Shown: positions 1 through 9,406 of the stretch, one piece after another
How positions within the stretch are numbered: position 1 is the first letter of the stretch
How the letters are laid out: each line of letters opens with the position of its first letter
Assembly: GCA_965209055.1 (NCBI GenBank)
Contig: OZ242374.1
Span: 4,096,001-4,160,000, forward strand
Source: Acidobacteriota bacterium
GTDB taxonomy: Bacteria; Acidobacteriota; UBA6911; RPQK01; JAJDTT01
Direction of reading: 5' to 3'
DNA: 64,000 bases
Position numbers and translations under genes: made by a program
Notes under the pieces: generated by a model
Told to the model about the DNA's origin: nothing
What the model saw: the letters and a program-made list of their open reading frames with translations, nothing else
Databases searched by the model: none

Positions 1-177
1 GTTCTCCACCTCCACCGAGTATCCCGACAGGAGTTCCTTTCTCAGCTCGAGCACGCGGGCGAGGCGTTGCAGGAGGTCCGGGTCCGGAGCTCCGGAACAG
101 GGAATCAAGCAGAGCAGCGCCGCCACCGCCGGAACCACCCAGCGGTGGCGTTGCGTGTTGGATGAAGGGTTGCCCAT
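1..177 (-). CDS. Partial hypothetical protein, probably exported (runs off window start)
   Basis: Hand translation MGNPSSNTQRHRWVVPAVAALLCLIPCSGAPDPDLL...; open to position 1; ATG overlaps the stop codon of the upstream gene; signal-peptide-like N-terminus. Confidence 0.6.
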   Translation of the reverse strand, partial: MGNPSSNTQRHRWVVPAVAALLCLIPCSGAPDPDLLQRLARVLELRKELLSGYSVEVEN

Positions 178-788
178 CATTCCTTGTCGTAGACCAGAGT
201 ATGGTCCATGTCACCCCGGGGCGTCTTGAGCGTGACTTTCGTGGTCAGGGTCCTGCCGTCGTCCGAAAGGCTCCACCGCGTCTTCTGCTCGATCTTGAAG
301 TTGCCCCTGGGAGTCTCGCGTTCCTGGACCTGATTGACTTCCAGTTCCGAGCCCTTCCACTTGGCCTCCACGGTCCCCACCCCCATGAAGGAGGAGACCT
401 CCTGAGGGCCGGAGCCGGGCTTGAGAGTCATCTCCCGGGACTGGCCTCGTCTGCCTTCATGGACGACGGTCAGAGTATCGCTATCCTGCTGAACCGACAA
501 TCGCGACGGGGCCATTGCGGCCCCCCGGCCGCCGCCGCGCCGGCCGCCTCGAAAGCCACCCTCCCGGCCCCCATCGCCTCGACCGCCGCCACCGCGGCCG
601 CCGCCACGGAATCCGCCGTCCCGGCCCCCGCCGCGGCCGCGGCCGAAACGCGGCATCTCGCTCTTGTCCTCGTTGAGAATCCAGTTCCCCGAGAAGTCCG
701 GAGCCTGGGCCGCGAGGGATTCCGTGCCCATCCAGAACAACCCTGCAACCGCGGCAAACAATGGGACGATCCGACACTGTTGAAACAT
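177..788 (-). CDS. Exported hypothetical protein with Gly/Arg-rich (RGG) insert, possibly lipocalin-like beta-barrel
   Basis: 203 aa ORF; signal peptide ending AAQA; DFSGNWILNEDKS motif; low-complexity GRGG block. Confidence 0.75.
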   Translation of the reverse strand: MFQQCRIVPLFAAVAGLFWMGTESLAAQAPDFSGNWILNEDKSEMPRFGRGRGGGRDGGFRGGGRGGGGRGDGGREGGFRGGRRGGGRGAAMAPSRLSVQQDSDTLTVVHEGRRGQSREMTLKPGSGPQEVSSFMGVGTVEAKWKGSELEVNQVQERETPRGNFKIEQKTRWSLSDDGRTLTTKVTLKTPRGDMDHTLVYDKE

Positions 789-900
789 TTCCGATCTACC
801 TCCTGGAAGTTTTTCGAATGCGCGTCTTTCTCATGACTTTCACCCATCCAGTACGCGAACGGGCGCGGATTGTTTCGCGCTGCCGCTCCGCCAAGCCGGA

Positions 901-930
901 TTGACCGGTTCCGTCAGCCGGTGTTATTAG
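901..930 (+). promoter_or_regulatory. Putative sigma70 promoter for the SLC13 operon
   Basis: TTGACC-N18-TATTAG with extended -10 TG, 12 nt before ATG 943. Confidence 0.4.
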
Positions 931-942
931 AGAGTTGCGGCT

Positions 943-3276
943 ATGACCCCGGAAATCGGCTTCCTCTTTGTTCTCTTGGCGGTCATGGCCTACCTGTTCC
1001 TGACCGAAAAGCTTGCCATCGATCTGACGGCCTTCCTGGGTCTCGTGGTCCTCACTTTGGCGGGATATGTGACTCCGGCCGAAGCGTTCACCGGATTTTC
1101 GTCGCCGGCGGTGATCACCATGATGTCGGTTTTCATCGTCAGTGGCGCGCTCCTGCACACCGGTGTCGCCGATCGTGCTGGAGGGTTCATCCATACGCTG
1201 GTCGGTAGCCGGGAGATTCCACTGACCGTGATCCTGATGGCGATTGCGGGATTGCTTTCCGCCTTCATGAACAACATAGCGGCGACGGCGGTTCTCATGC
1301 CGGCTGTCGGCAGCATCGCCTACCGGAGCGGAATTCCCGCGTCCAGGCTCTTCATGCCCCTCGCCTTCGGGGCCATATTGGGAGGCACCACGACCCTGGT
1401 CGGCACGCCCCCCAATATCCTTGCCGGGACCATCATGCGGGAACGGGGCCTGGAGCCTTTCGGTCTCTTCGACTTCACTCCCGTCGGCTTGGCCCTTCTG
1501 GCGGCCGGGATCCTGTTCATGGTGACCCTGGGCCAGAAGTTGCTGCCCCGGCGCGAGGTGGGACCGGTCACCACCGAGTCGTCTCATTTGTCCCAGGTCT
1601 ACCAGTTGCACGAGCGATTGTTCTCAATTCGAATTCCTACCGAATCCCGGTTGGATGGAATATCCCTGGGAGAGTCGAGGCTCGGGACCGCTCTGGGGAT
1701 CAAGGTGGTCGCCATTTTGCGGCGCGGCAGGAAACGGCTGGTTCCGGAACCGGCCACCGTTCTCAGGGGTGGGGACGTGCTGCTGGTGGAGGGGGACCGG
1801 TCGGATCTGCGGGATCTGATGAAAGTTCGGGACCTGACGATTCAGGAGACCACAGCCGGCCAACTGCCCCGGCCGGTCAAGGGGGTGACGGGGGTTCGTC
1901 TCCAATTGCCGCATGGCTCCGACTTGCCTGGACGGAGTCTGCGGGAGGTTCGTTTCCGGAAGCGCTTCGGCGCCGTCGTGGTGGCCATCCACCGGGGTGA
2001 CGAGTATCTGAAGGATGACCTGGCGAAGAGGAAACTGCGCCCGGACGACGAGTTGTTGGCGCTGGGCGCCCGATCCGAACTCGAGAGGATGCGTTCCCAA
2101 AACGCCCTGCGGGTCAAGGAAATGGGATTGTCGGTGCTGAGAGACTTCTGGGATCACCTTTTTGTGATCCGGGTTCCCAAGGCGTCCGCCCTGGTGGGTT
2201 CGACGGTCGGCAACAGCCGGATCGGCGAGCTGGCGGGTGTCACCGTGGGCGCCATCATCCGAGGGGGCATGACCCATTTGGGGGTGTTTGCGGACGCCGA
2301 GATCCGGGAAGGCGATGGGTTGTTGGTTTCGGGAGACCCGGAACAGATCGTTCGCCGTCTCGGGACCGGAGACGTGGAACTCGATCCCGGTATCGGTGGA
2401 ATCTCACTGGAATCGGACGACGTGGGCCTTGCCGAAGCCGCACTCGCGCCGCGCTCGTCCCTGGTGGGCCGCACCCTCAATGAAGTGAAATTCCGGGATC
2501 GATTCGGTCTTCAGATCCTGGCCGTCTGGCGGGAAGGCCGGCCCATCCATTCGGGATTGGCGGATCTTGCGTTGCGTTTCGGAGACGCGCTGCTGCTGCA
2601 AGGACCCTGGGACCGGATTCGGCATCTGGAGTTGGACGCCGATCTGGTCCTGTTCTCCAGGCCACAACGCCGGTCTCGGCGCACCCACAAGGCGCCCTTC
2701 GCCTTGGCGGGATTGTTGGTGATGGTGGCGATGGTGCTCAGCGGCTTTCAGCCGATCCACGTCGCGGCGTTTACGGCGGCGAGCCTGGTTCTCCTGTTCG
2801 GGACCCTGACCATGGAGGAGGCGTACCGCGCCATCGAGTGGAGGGCGATCTTTCTGGTGGCGGCGGTGTTGGCGTTCGGGTCGGCCATGGAGCGCACGGG
2901 GGCGGCGCTGTTGCTGGCCAATGCCGTGACCGGGTTGGCAGGGTCCTGGGGCGAATATGGGATCCTGGCGGCGTTGGTGTTGCTGACGAGTCTCATGAGC
3001 CAGGGTCTGGACGGGGCCCCTGCGGTGGTGCTGCTGGCGCCCGTGGCGTTGAATGCCGGCGCGCAAATGGGGATTGACCCGTATAAGGTCATGATGTGCG
3101 TCAGTCTGGCCGCATCGGCCGCTTTCATGACGCCGTTCAGCCACAAGGCCAACCTCCTGGTGATGGGGGCAGGCGGGTATCGAAGCATGGACTACATCCG
3201 GGTCGGGACGCCACTGACGGTGGTGATTCTGATTCTGTTGGTCTTTTTGGTGCCGCTCTTTTCTCCTGCGGGGTAG
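943..3276 (+). CDS. SLC13/DASS-family permease with multiple TrkA-C (RCK_C) domains
   Basis: N- and C-terminal TM blocks; SAFMNN and LGGTTTLVGTPPN motifs; FMTPFSHKANLLV; about four central TrkA-C-like repeats. Confidence 0.9.
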   Translation: MTPEIGFLFVLLAVMAYLFLTEKLAIDLTAFLGLVVLTLAGYVTPAEAFTGFSSPAVITMMSVFIVSGALLHTGVADRAGGFIHTLVGSREIPLTVILMAIAGLLSAFMNNIAATAVLMPAVGSIAYRSGIPASRLFMPLAFGAILGGTTTLVGTPPNILAGTIMRERGLEPFGLFDFTPVGLALLAAGILFMVTLGQKLLPRREVGPVTTESSHLSQVYQLHERLFSIRIPTESRLDGISLGESRLGTALGIKVVAILRRGRKRLVPEPATVLRGGDVLLVEGDRSDLRDLMKVRDLTIQETTAGQLPRPVKGVTGVRLQLPHGSDLPGRSLREVRFRKRFGAVVVAIHRGDEYLKDDLAKRKLRPDDELLALGARSELERMRSQNALRVKEMGLSVLRDFWDHLFVIRVPKASALVGSTVGNSRIGELAGVTVGAIIRGGMTHLGVFADAEIREGDGLLVSGDPEQIVRRLGTGDVELDPGIGGISLESDDVGLAEAALAPRSSLVGRTLNEVKFRDRFGLQILAVWREGRPIHSGLADLALRFGDALLLQGPWDRIRHLELDADLVLFSRPQRRSRRTHKAPFALAGLLVMVAMVLSGFQPIHVAAFTAASLVLLFGTLTMEEAYRAIEWRAIFLVAAVLAFGSAMERTGAALLLANAVTGLAGSWGEYGILAALVLLTSLMSQGLDGAPAVVLLAPVALNAGAQMGIDPYKVMMCVSLAASAAFMTPFSHKANLLVMGAGGYRSMDYIRVGTPLTVVILILLVFLVPLFSPAG

Positions 3277-3283
3277 TGCAGGA

Positions 3284-3823
3284 ATGTCCGCTAGAGATTC
3301 GCAAACCCGGCTGACGTGGATGCTCCTGGTCCTGCTGGCCTTGCTGAGCCTGGTCCTGGGAGCCCTCATTCTGAATGGCGCCAGGAGCAACTGGGGACCC
3401 GTCGATCATCCCCAATTTTCCACCATGGAGCGGAGCGGGTGGAGTTGGGAGAACAATGACCCCCTCCTGGCCGGTGTCTGGCTGGTGGGGGCGCTGCAGA
3501 TCGCCGTGTTTCTCTGTCTCCTGGGTCTGGGCCTGGCGGGACGAAAGGGATCGGGCCTGCTGCGAGTTTCCCTGTTGCTGGGCGGTCTCCTCCACGCCGG
3601 AATCTTTTCCTGGATGATTCTGGCGCACGTCCATCCCGTCGCGCCTTCTCTCTGGTCCTTCCCTCCGCCGACCGTGGTGATGGTTTTCTTCCTCTGGATC
3701 CTGCCGCCCATCTACTTCGTGATCCTGTACGTCGTCGGCTTCGACCGTTGGATCCTGACGGAGGAGACCCACCGCGATTTTCTCCGGCTGGTCCGATCCC
3801 GAAGAGGGAAGGGGAGAAGGTGA
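3284..3823 (+). CDS. Small integral membrane protein (about 4 TM)
   Basis: 179 aa hydrophobic ORF between two transporter genes; stop overlaps next ATG (TGATG). Confidence 0.75.
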   Translation: MSARDSQTRLTWMLLVLLALLSLVLGALILNGARSNWGPVDHPQFSTMERSGWSWENNDPLLAGVWLVGALQIAVFLCLLGLGLAGRKGSGLLRVSLLLGGLLHAGIFSWMILAHVHPVAPSLWSFPPPTVVMVFFLWILPPIYFVILYVVGFDRWILTEETHRDFLRLVRSRRGKGRR

Positions 3824-5304
3824 TGGATCTCTCCAGAAGCTCGGTGATCCTGCTCTTTGTGGGTTTGTACATGGTGATGTGCATCGCCGTCGGCCTTTGG
3901 GCTCTGAGCCGGACACGCTCCACCCGGGACTTTTTCATGGCGGGGCGGGATCTGGGCGTCTGGGTCACCGGCCTGGCCGTCTTCTCCAGCACCATGAGCG
4001 GGTTCGGATTCGTGGGCGGCCCCGGGCTGGTCTACCGGATGGGAATGACCTCCGTCTGGATGGTGATGTCCATTCCCCTGGGCTACGTCCTCTGTTTCGC
4101 GCTGCTGGCCAAGCGGATCCGGCTTCTGGCCGAGCTCAGGGAGCCGGTCTCGCTGCCCGATGCGGTGGCGGCGCGATACGGCAGCGAGGGATGCCGTTTC
4201 CTGGCCGCTCTCGCCATTCTCCTGGGAGTCATGGGATACCTGGCGACCCAGATCCTGGCCATGGCCACGGTGCTCCGGGACCTGGTCGCAGGCGCCGGCC
4301 TCGGCGTTTTCAGCATGGAGGCCTGCGTGGCCTTCTCCTGCGCGGTGCTGGTCTTCTATTGCGTGACGGGGGGCATCATCGCCTCGGTCTATACGGACCT
4401 GGTCCAGGGACTGGTGATGGTGGCCGCCGCCGTTCTGGTTTTCCTGGCGACGGCCAACGTGGCTCCCGGGGGTTGGAACGGGATCGTCTCGACCATCTCG
4501 GCCGACGACGCCGGTTCCATGAGCCCCTGGGGAACCCTGGGAGCGTTCCAGGCGCTGTCCTGGTACCTGCTCTTCATCCTGGGAGTCGCCGGCCAACCCC
4601 ACGTCGTCACCAAGATGATGATGAACCGGCGGATCCGGGACGCCAAGTACATCCTGCCTGTGGCCGCCCTCGGATACGCCGTGTCGGCGCTGCTCTGGGT
4701 CAGCATCGGCCTGGCCATGCGGGCCCTGGTGATCCGGGGGATGCATCCGGAACTGGAGGGGGCCGATTCGGCTGCTCCGCAGTTCCTCGCGCACTACGTG
4801 CCCCCGGTCCTGGCCGGGCTGGTCTTCGCGGCCCTCTTCGCGGCCATCATGTCGACGGCCGACGGCTTTCTGAACATCGGCGCGGCCGCCGTGGTCCACG
4901 ACATTCCCCGGGCGCTCCGGGGACGGTCGCTGGTAAACGAGCTGTTCTGGGCCCGGACGGCCACGGTGATCATCGCCGCCGTGGCTTCGGTTTTCGCCCT
5001 CTACAGCGGTGACCTGGTGGCCATTCTGGGCGCCTTCGGTTGGGGCACCTTCGCCGCTGCCCTGGTCCCGGTCGTGGCCCTGGGATTGAACTGGAAGCGG
5101 GCCACGGCGCTGGCGGCCAAGACCGCCATTCTGGTCAGCCTGTCCATCAATTTCGCGTTTCGCCTGCTCGACGTCCAAGTTCCCTGGGGCATCGACCCGG
5201 GCGCAATTTCGCTGCTGGTATCCCTGACCCTGTTCGTCGGGATCTCTCTGGCATCGCCCCGGCCTGTACTCGACCCGGACATCGACCGGCTGCTGGACAC
5301 GTAG
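3823..5304 (+). CDS. Sodium:solute symporter (SSS, PutP/PanF-like)
   Basis: DFFMAGR, MSGFGFVGGPG, TDLVQG, AAIMSTAD motifs; about 13 TM; start taken at ATG 3823 coupled to the upstream stop. Confidence 0.92.
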   Translation: MDLSRSSVILLFVGLYMVMCIAVGLWALSRTRSTRDFFMAGRDLGVWVTGLAVFSSTMSGFGFVGGPGLVYRMGMTSVWMVMSIPLGYVLCFALLAKRIRLLAELREPVSLPDAVAARYGSEGCRFLAALAILLGVMGYLATQILAMATVLRDLVAGAGLGVFSMEACVAFSCAVLVFYCVTGGIIASVYTDLVQGLVMVAAAVLVFLATANVAPGGWNGIVSTISADDAGSMSPWGTLGAFQALSWYLLFILGVAGQPHVVTKMMMNRRIRDAKYILPVAALGYAVSALLWVSIGLAMRALVIRGMHPELEGADSAAPQFLAHYVPPVLAGLVFAALFAAIMSTADGFLNIGAAAVVHDIPRALRGRSLVNELFWARTATVIIAAVASVFALYSGDLVAILGAFGWGTFAAALVPVVALGLNWKRATALAAKTAILVSLSINFAFRLLDVQVPWGIDPGAISLLVSLTLFVGISLASPRPVLDPDIDRLLDT

Positions 5305-5305
5305 G

Positions 5306-5330
5306 AGGAGCGGCGGTTTTCCAACCGCCG
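5306..5330 (+). repeat. Single REP-like palindrome
   Basis: AGGAG-CGGCGGTT-TTCC-AACCGCCG: perfect 8-bp stem with a 5' GGAG tail, right after the symporter stop. Confidence 0.7.
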
Positions 5331-5348
5331 AACGCCGGAGCGACAATC

Positions 5349-5730
5349 TGCCACCAATCGAATGGGCGATTAGAAATCGCTCCTCCTCAAATGCCACCAA
5401 TCGAATGGGCGATTAGAAATCGCCCCCCCTCGACTGCTACCAATCGAATGGGCGATTGGAAATCGCCCCCCCTCGACTGCCACCAATCGAGTGGGCGATT
5501 AGAAATCGCCCCCCCTCAAATGCCACCAATCGAATGGGCGATTAGAAATCGCCCCCCTCGACTGCCACCAATCGAATGGGCGATTAGAAATCGCCCCTCC
5601 TCAACTGCCACCAATCGAATGGGCGATTAGAAATCGCCCCCCCTCGACTGCCACCAATCGAACGGGCGATTAGAAATCGCCCCCCCTCGACTGCCACCAA
5701 CGAACGGGCGACTGGAAATCGCCCCTCCTT
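5349..5730. repeat. Tandem array of 9 near-identical 43-bp palindromic units (REP/BIME-like minisatellite)
   Basis: Consensus TGCCACCAATCGAATGGGCGATTAGAAATCGCCCCCCCTCGAC; units start 5349, 5392, 5435, 5478, 5521, 5563, 5606, 5649, 5692; each has hairpin GGGCGATT-AGA-AATCGCCC. Confidence 0.95.
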
Positions 5731-5739
5731 CAGACCGTC

Positions 5740-5768
5740 TTGACCGGTTGCCGACGGGGGAATAGGCT
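5740..5768 (+). promoter_or_regulatory. Putative sigma70 promoter
   Basis: TTGACC-N17-TAGGCT, 10 nt before ATG 5779; no SD. Confidence 0.55.
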
Positions 5769-5778
5769 CGCCGGTATC

Positions 5779-7926
5779 ATGAAGAAAACGCTCGGAATAG
5801 CATCACTCGTTCTCATTGTTGGCCTCGTCACCACTTCGACGGACGGGCACGAAGGGCCGCCCAACACCTTGGTTCCGTTCACCGCCCCCGATTTCATCGG
5901 GGATCCGGCCATCGGCCGCGAGCTCTCCGATCTGGCCGAATTCGCCATTCACTTGTTGCAGTGGACCGAGACCGACCGGAGCGTTGCCCGGTTGCAGCGA
6001 ACCCTCAAGGGCAAGGTCGGGGGGTTTTTCCCGCGCTGGAACGGCACCTCCACCGAAGCACCGGCATTGGAGGAGATCCTCCGGTTCACCAACGAGAGCT
6101 ACGAAGCCCTCTCCTGTCCTCAGCTCACCAAGATCGAGGTCGGTTCCGCAGTGACCCTGATCGAGGCGCCCGCGGCACTGGATCTGTTGGGGAAGGAAGG
6201 AACGGAAATTCCGGTGATCATTCGTAACGCCGGCGCGGCGGACGTGGCGGTGACCATCGGTTCCGGATCCGAAGACGTGGAAGTGGAGCCCCGGATCGTC
6301 CGTCTCAAAGGAGGGGAAACGACAGGTGCATGGCTGATCGTCTCCGCCATCCGGAAGGAGGCCTCGGCGCTTGTGCTCAGGGTGGAAGCCGGTGCCGTCA
6401 CGGGAGCGGTCTCGGTCCCGGCGCGGGTCAGAAATATGAGTCTGCTGCGGGTGAAGGTCGTGGACGAGTCGGGTCTCGCGACGCCCGCCCGCGTCTATCT
6501 CACCGGTGCCGACGGGAAGCGCCATACGCCGAAAGAGATCATTCCCCGAATCACCAGCGCCGACTACGGTCAGCCCTACGGCGGCGAATACTATTTCTAC
6601 ACCGACGGTGGTTTCTCAGTGAGTATTCCCCAAGGGGAGACGCAGCTCGAGGTGATCAAGGGATTGGAGTATGCGCCCTTTAAAACCACCTTTCAGATGC
6701 CGGCGTCCGGCCTGAAAGAAGTCGTGGCCCGTCTGGACCGGCCCTTCAACATGGCGGCCAAGGGCTGGTTCTCGGGAGATACCCACATCCACCCCAACCT
6801 CTTTTCCGACACCCGGATCCGGCCTCAGGACGTGCTGCGGATCACCAAGGCCGAAGATCTGAACGTGCCCCACCTTCTCGCCTGCAACGACACCGACGGA
6901 TTCATCACCGACCTGATCTATTTCGAAGGCAAGCCCAACCGCCTCTCGGAGAAGAACTACATCCTCTACTGGAACCAGGAGATGAGGAACCTGCGGGTTT
7001 ACGGGCACATGGCGTTTTTGAAGCTCAAGGAATTCGTGCACCCCTCTTACACCGGTTGGCCCCGGACCGAGGAGGTTTACGACTATCCGCCGAATCACCA
7101 TTTGGCGGTTGCCGCCAAGCAGCAGGGAGCGGCCGTCGTCCAGGTGCATCCGGGGTTGCCTCAGGAATATCCGGTGAACTTCGCCCTGGGTGCGATGGAC
7201 ACCATCGACGTCATGTGCCAGGGGAACGAGGAGAAGAACACGGCGGACTGGTACCGGTTGCTCAACTCGGGTTTCCGCACCGGAATCTCGGCGGGGACCG
7301 ACTGTTTTCTGAACGTCCCCTACCACTTGCTGGCGGGCGCGGGCCGGGTCTATGTGAAAACCGGGCCTCAACTGACCTATGACAAGTGGATCCAGGCCTA
7401 TCTGGAGGGCAGGAGCTTCGCTTCCAACGCTCCTCTCGTCGAGTTCAGCGTCGACGGCAAGGGGGCGGGGGAGGAGATCCGCTGGAGTTCCGGTTCCAGG
7501 ACGGTTCGGGTGGAGGCCAGCGCGGTCTCCCATGTCCCCATGAAGACCATGGAGGTGGTGGTCAACGGGAAACCGGTCTATACGGTGGAGGCCACCGATG
7601 ACGGTAGGAGGGCGGCTCTGTCACGGGAGATCCAACTGGAAGAGAGCGCCTGGGTCGCCGTTCGGGTCCGTGGCGAAGCCCATCGCCTGGTGCCCAACGA
7701 CACGGAACTCTACGCCCACACCAGCCCGGTCTATTGCTACCGGGACGGGTCCCGCATCCATTTCCGGGAGGATGCGCTCTATTTCGTGGAGCAGATCGAC
7801 CGGCTTCTGGACCGGGTCGACCGCAACGGGGTTTTCAAGGACGCAGCCCAGAAACAGAAGGTCGTGGACCTGTTTCGAAAGGGTCAGGACGTCTACCGCA
7901 AGATCGCCCGCGAGGCGACGCGGTAG
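5779..7926 (+). CDS. Exported CehA/McbA-family (PHP-type) metallohydrolase
   Basis: Signal peptide; TPARVYLTGADG; KGLEY; WFSGDTHIH; GH, HP and SAGTD metal motifs; C-terminal AHTSPVY. Confidence 0.85.
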   Translation: MKKTLGIASLVLIVGLVTTSTDGHEGPPNTLVPFTAPDFIGDPAIGRELSDLAEFAIHLLQWTETDRSVARLQRTLKGKVGGFFPRWNGTSTEAPALEEILRFTNESYEALSCPQLTKIEVGSAVTLIEAPAALDLLGKEGTEIPVIIRNAGAADVAVTIGSGSEDVEVEPRIVRLKGGETTGAWLIVSAIRKEASALVLRVEAGAVTGAVSVPARVRNMSLLRVKVVDESGLATPARVYLTGADGKRHTPKEIIPRITSADYGQPYGGEYYFYTDGGFSVSIPQGETQLEVIKGLEYAPFKTTFQMPASGLKEVVARLDRPFNMAAKGWFSGDTHIHPNLFSDTRIRPQDVLRITKAEDLNVPHLLACNDTDGFITDLIYFEGKPNRLSEKNYILYWNQEMRNLRVYGHMAFLKLKEFVHPSYTGWPRTEEVYDYPPNHHLAVAAKQQGAAVVQVHPGLPQEYPVNFALGAMDTIDVMCQGNEEKNTADWYRLLNSGFRTGISAGTDCFLNVPYHLLAGAGRVYVKTGPQLTYDKWIQAYLEGRSFASNAPLVEFSVDGKGAGEEIRWSSGSRTVRVEASAVSHVPMKTMEVVVNGKPVYTVEATDDGRRAALSREIQLEESAWVAVRVRGEAHRLVPNDTELYAHTSPVYCYRDGSRIHFREDALYFVEQIDRLLDRVDRNGVFKDAAQKQKVVDLFRKGQDVYRKIAREATR

Positions 7927-7944
7927 CAGGGCCGGTCCGGCGCC

Positions 7945-8340
7945 TCAACCCTTCTTGTCGAGGCTCCAGATTCCCGCGCCCTTGGCCGCGATGAACAGAA
8001 AGACAAAGGCGTAGATGGCCGCCAGCTCGCCCTTGTTTTCGATGGGCCACAAGCCGTGAGGCTGATGGGCCATGAAGTAGGCCACGGCCATCTGGCCGCT
8101 GGAGATGAAGGCGGCCCAACTGGTCAGGAACCCCACGGCGATCAGCAGGCCTCCCACCAGCTCGATGATTCCGGCCAGGCCCATGAGGCTGACCAGGGGC
8201 GCCGCCGCACCCGAATCTCCGCCGGCGCCGCCGAAGAGGCCCAGCACCTTCTGGGCTCCATGAAACGCGAACAGAAACCCTGAGACGATCCGGACCAGAG
8301 CGTAAGTCTCATTCGAGTACTTTGAGAGAATACCTTGCAT
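7945..8340 (-). CDS. DoxX-family membrane protein
   Basis: RIVSGFLFAFHGAQK, GIIELVGG, MAVAYFMAH, GAGIWSLD. Confidence 0.92.
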   Translation of the reverse strand: MQGILSKYSNETYALVRIVSGFLFAFHGAQKVLGLFGGAGGDSGAAAPLVSLMGLAGIIELVGGLLIAVGFLTSWAAFISSGQMAVAYFMAHQPHGLWPIENKGELAAIYAFVFLFIAAKGAGIWSLDKKG

Positions 8341-8602
8341 AAATCCCCCTAAATAAATACTAATCTATCGGATCAGACACCGGATCCACCGTCCGGCTCC
8401 GGCCGAAGTGGAATCATACCCAAATCGAGGGAATGAGGAAACAGGACAAAAACCGGAAGCGTGACCAGAACCTACCGGGAGCGGGGACCCAAGATGAATG
8501 ACGTGGCGACTTGCTCCGTGTGCTGGTATAGTGCGCGCCCAATCGGGCGGCCGGATGGACGTTGGTGGTTGAGGCCCTATCATGAACCGGGCCGGAAAGG
8601 AA

Positions 8603-9385
8603 ATGATGCTTCAGAATCGGATCAAGAAACTTCTGGGGGAAGGCAGGGCGGCCTGGGGATCGGCCCTTTCGGACGCCTCCGAATTGTTGGCCAAGGCCAC
8701 CCTCAAGCAAGGCATCGACTTCCTCTGGATCGACACGGAACATCGGCCCTTCGGGATCAACGAAGTCCAGATGGTGCCCATCATCTGCCGCCTCGAGGGG
8801 CGGGACGCCATGCTGCGGGTTCCGAATCTGGATCCGGGCCTCATCAAGAAGGGTCTGGACATGGGCTGCAGCAGCATCATGGTGCCGCAGGTGGACAATG
8901 CGGAGCAGGCTCGCCTGGCCGTTGAGTACTGCAAGTTTCCGCCCGAGGGAAGCCGGGGTGTGGGTCCGGTCTGGCCGATGCTGCTGGATGTGGACATCAA
9001 CGACTACCTTGAGTCGGCCAACCGGGAGACCTGCGTCATCGTCCAGGTGGAGACGGCGGAGGGGCTGGACAACCTGGAACGGATCGCCGAAGTCGAGGGG
9101 GTCGACGTCGTGTTTGCCGGTCCCGCCGATATTTCGGCGTCGATGGGGCACCTGGGGAACATCGGTCATCCGGAAGTTCAGAAATGCCTGGAGGACTTTC
9201 CCGCCCGTGCCGCCTCCTGCGGCAAGCCCAGCGGCATCACATACCCCGGGTTCGACGCCTGTTGGAAAGCCTATGAACAAGGCTACCGGTTCATAAACGT
9301 CGGCAACCTCATGCACTTCGGCCAGGTCGGCCTGGGCGAGTGCCTGGGCAAACTGCGGCAACTGGAGGACTCCGCCTCCGGCTGA
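8603..9385 (+). CDS. HpcH/HpaI-family class II aldolase
   Basis: WIDTEH, IMVPQVD, PPEGSRG, QVET, FAGPADIS motifs; alternative start 8582. Confidence 0.9.
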   Translation: MMLQNRIKKLLGEGRAAWGSALSDASELLAKATLKQGIDFLWIDTEHRPFGINEVQMVPIICRLEGRDAMLRVPNLDPGLIKKGLDMGCSSIMVPQVDNAEQARLAVEYCKFPPEGSRGVGPVWPMLLDVDINDYLESANRETCVIVQVETAEGLDNLERIAEVEGVDVVFAGPADISASMGHLGNIGHPEVQKCLEDFPARAASCGKPSGITYPGFDACWKAYEQGYRFINVGNLMHFGQVGLGECLGKLRQLEDSASG

Positions 9386-9406
9386 ATCCCACCGTTTCGG
9401 AGATCT

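Noticed and set aside
5040-5630. 196-aa ORF running through the repeat array
   Set aside because: It overlaps the symporter out of frame. The 43-bp period is not a multiple of 3, so the peptide just cycles through frames until it meets a stop.
5349-5730. CRISPR or TIGR-like guide array
   Set aside because: The sequence between hairpins is nearly identical in all units, so there are no unique spacers. No cas, Nop-domain or nuclease gene is nearby.
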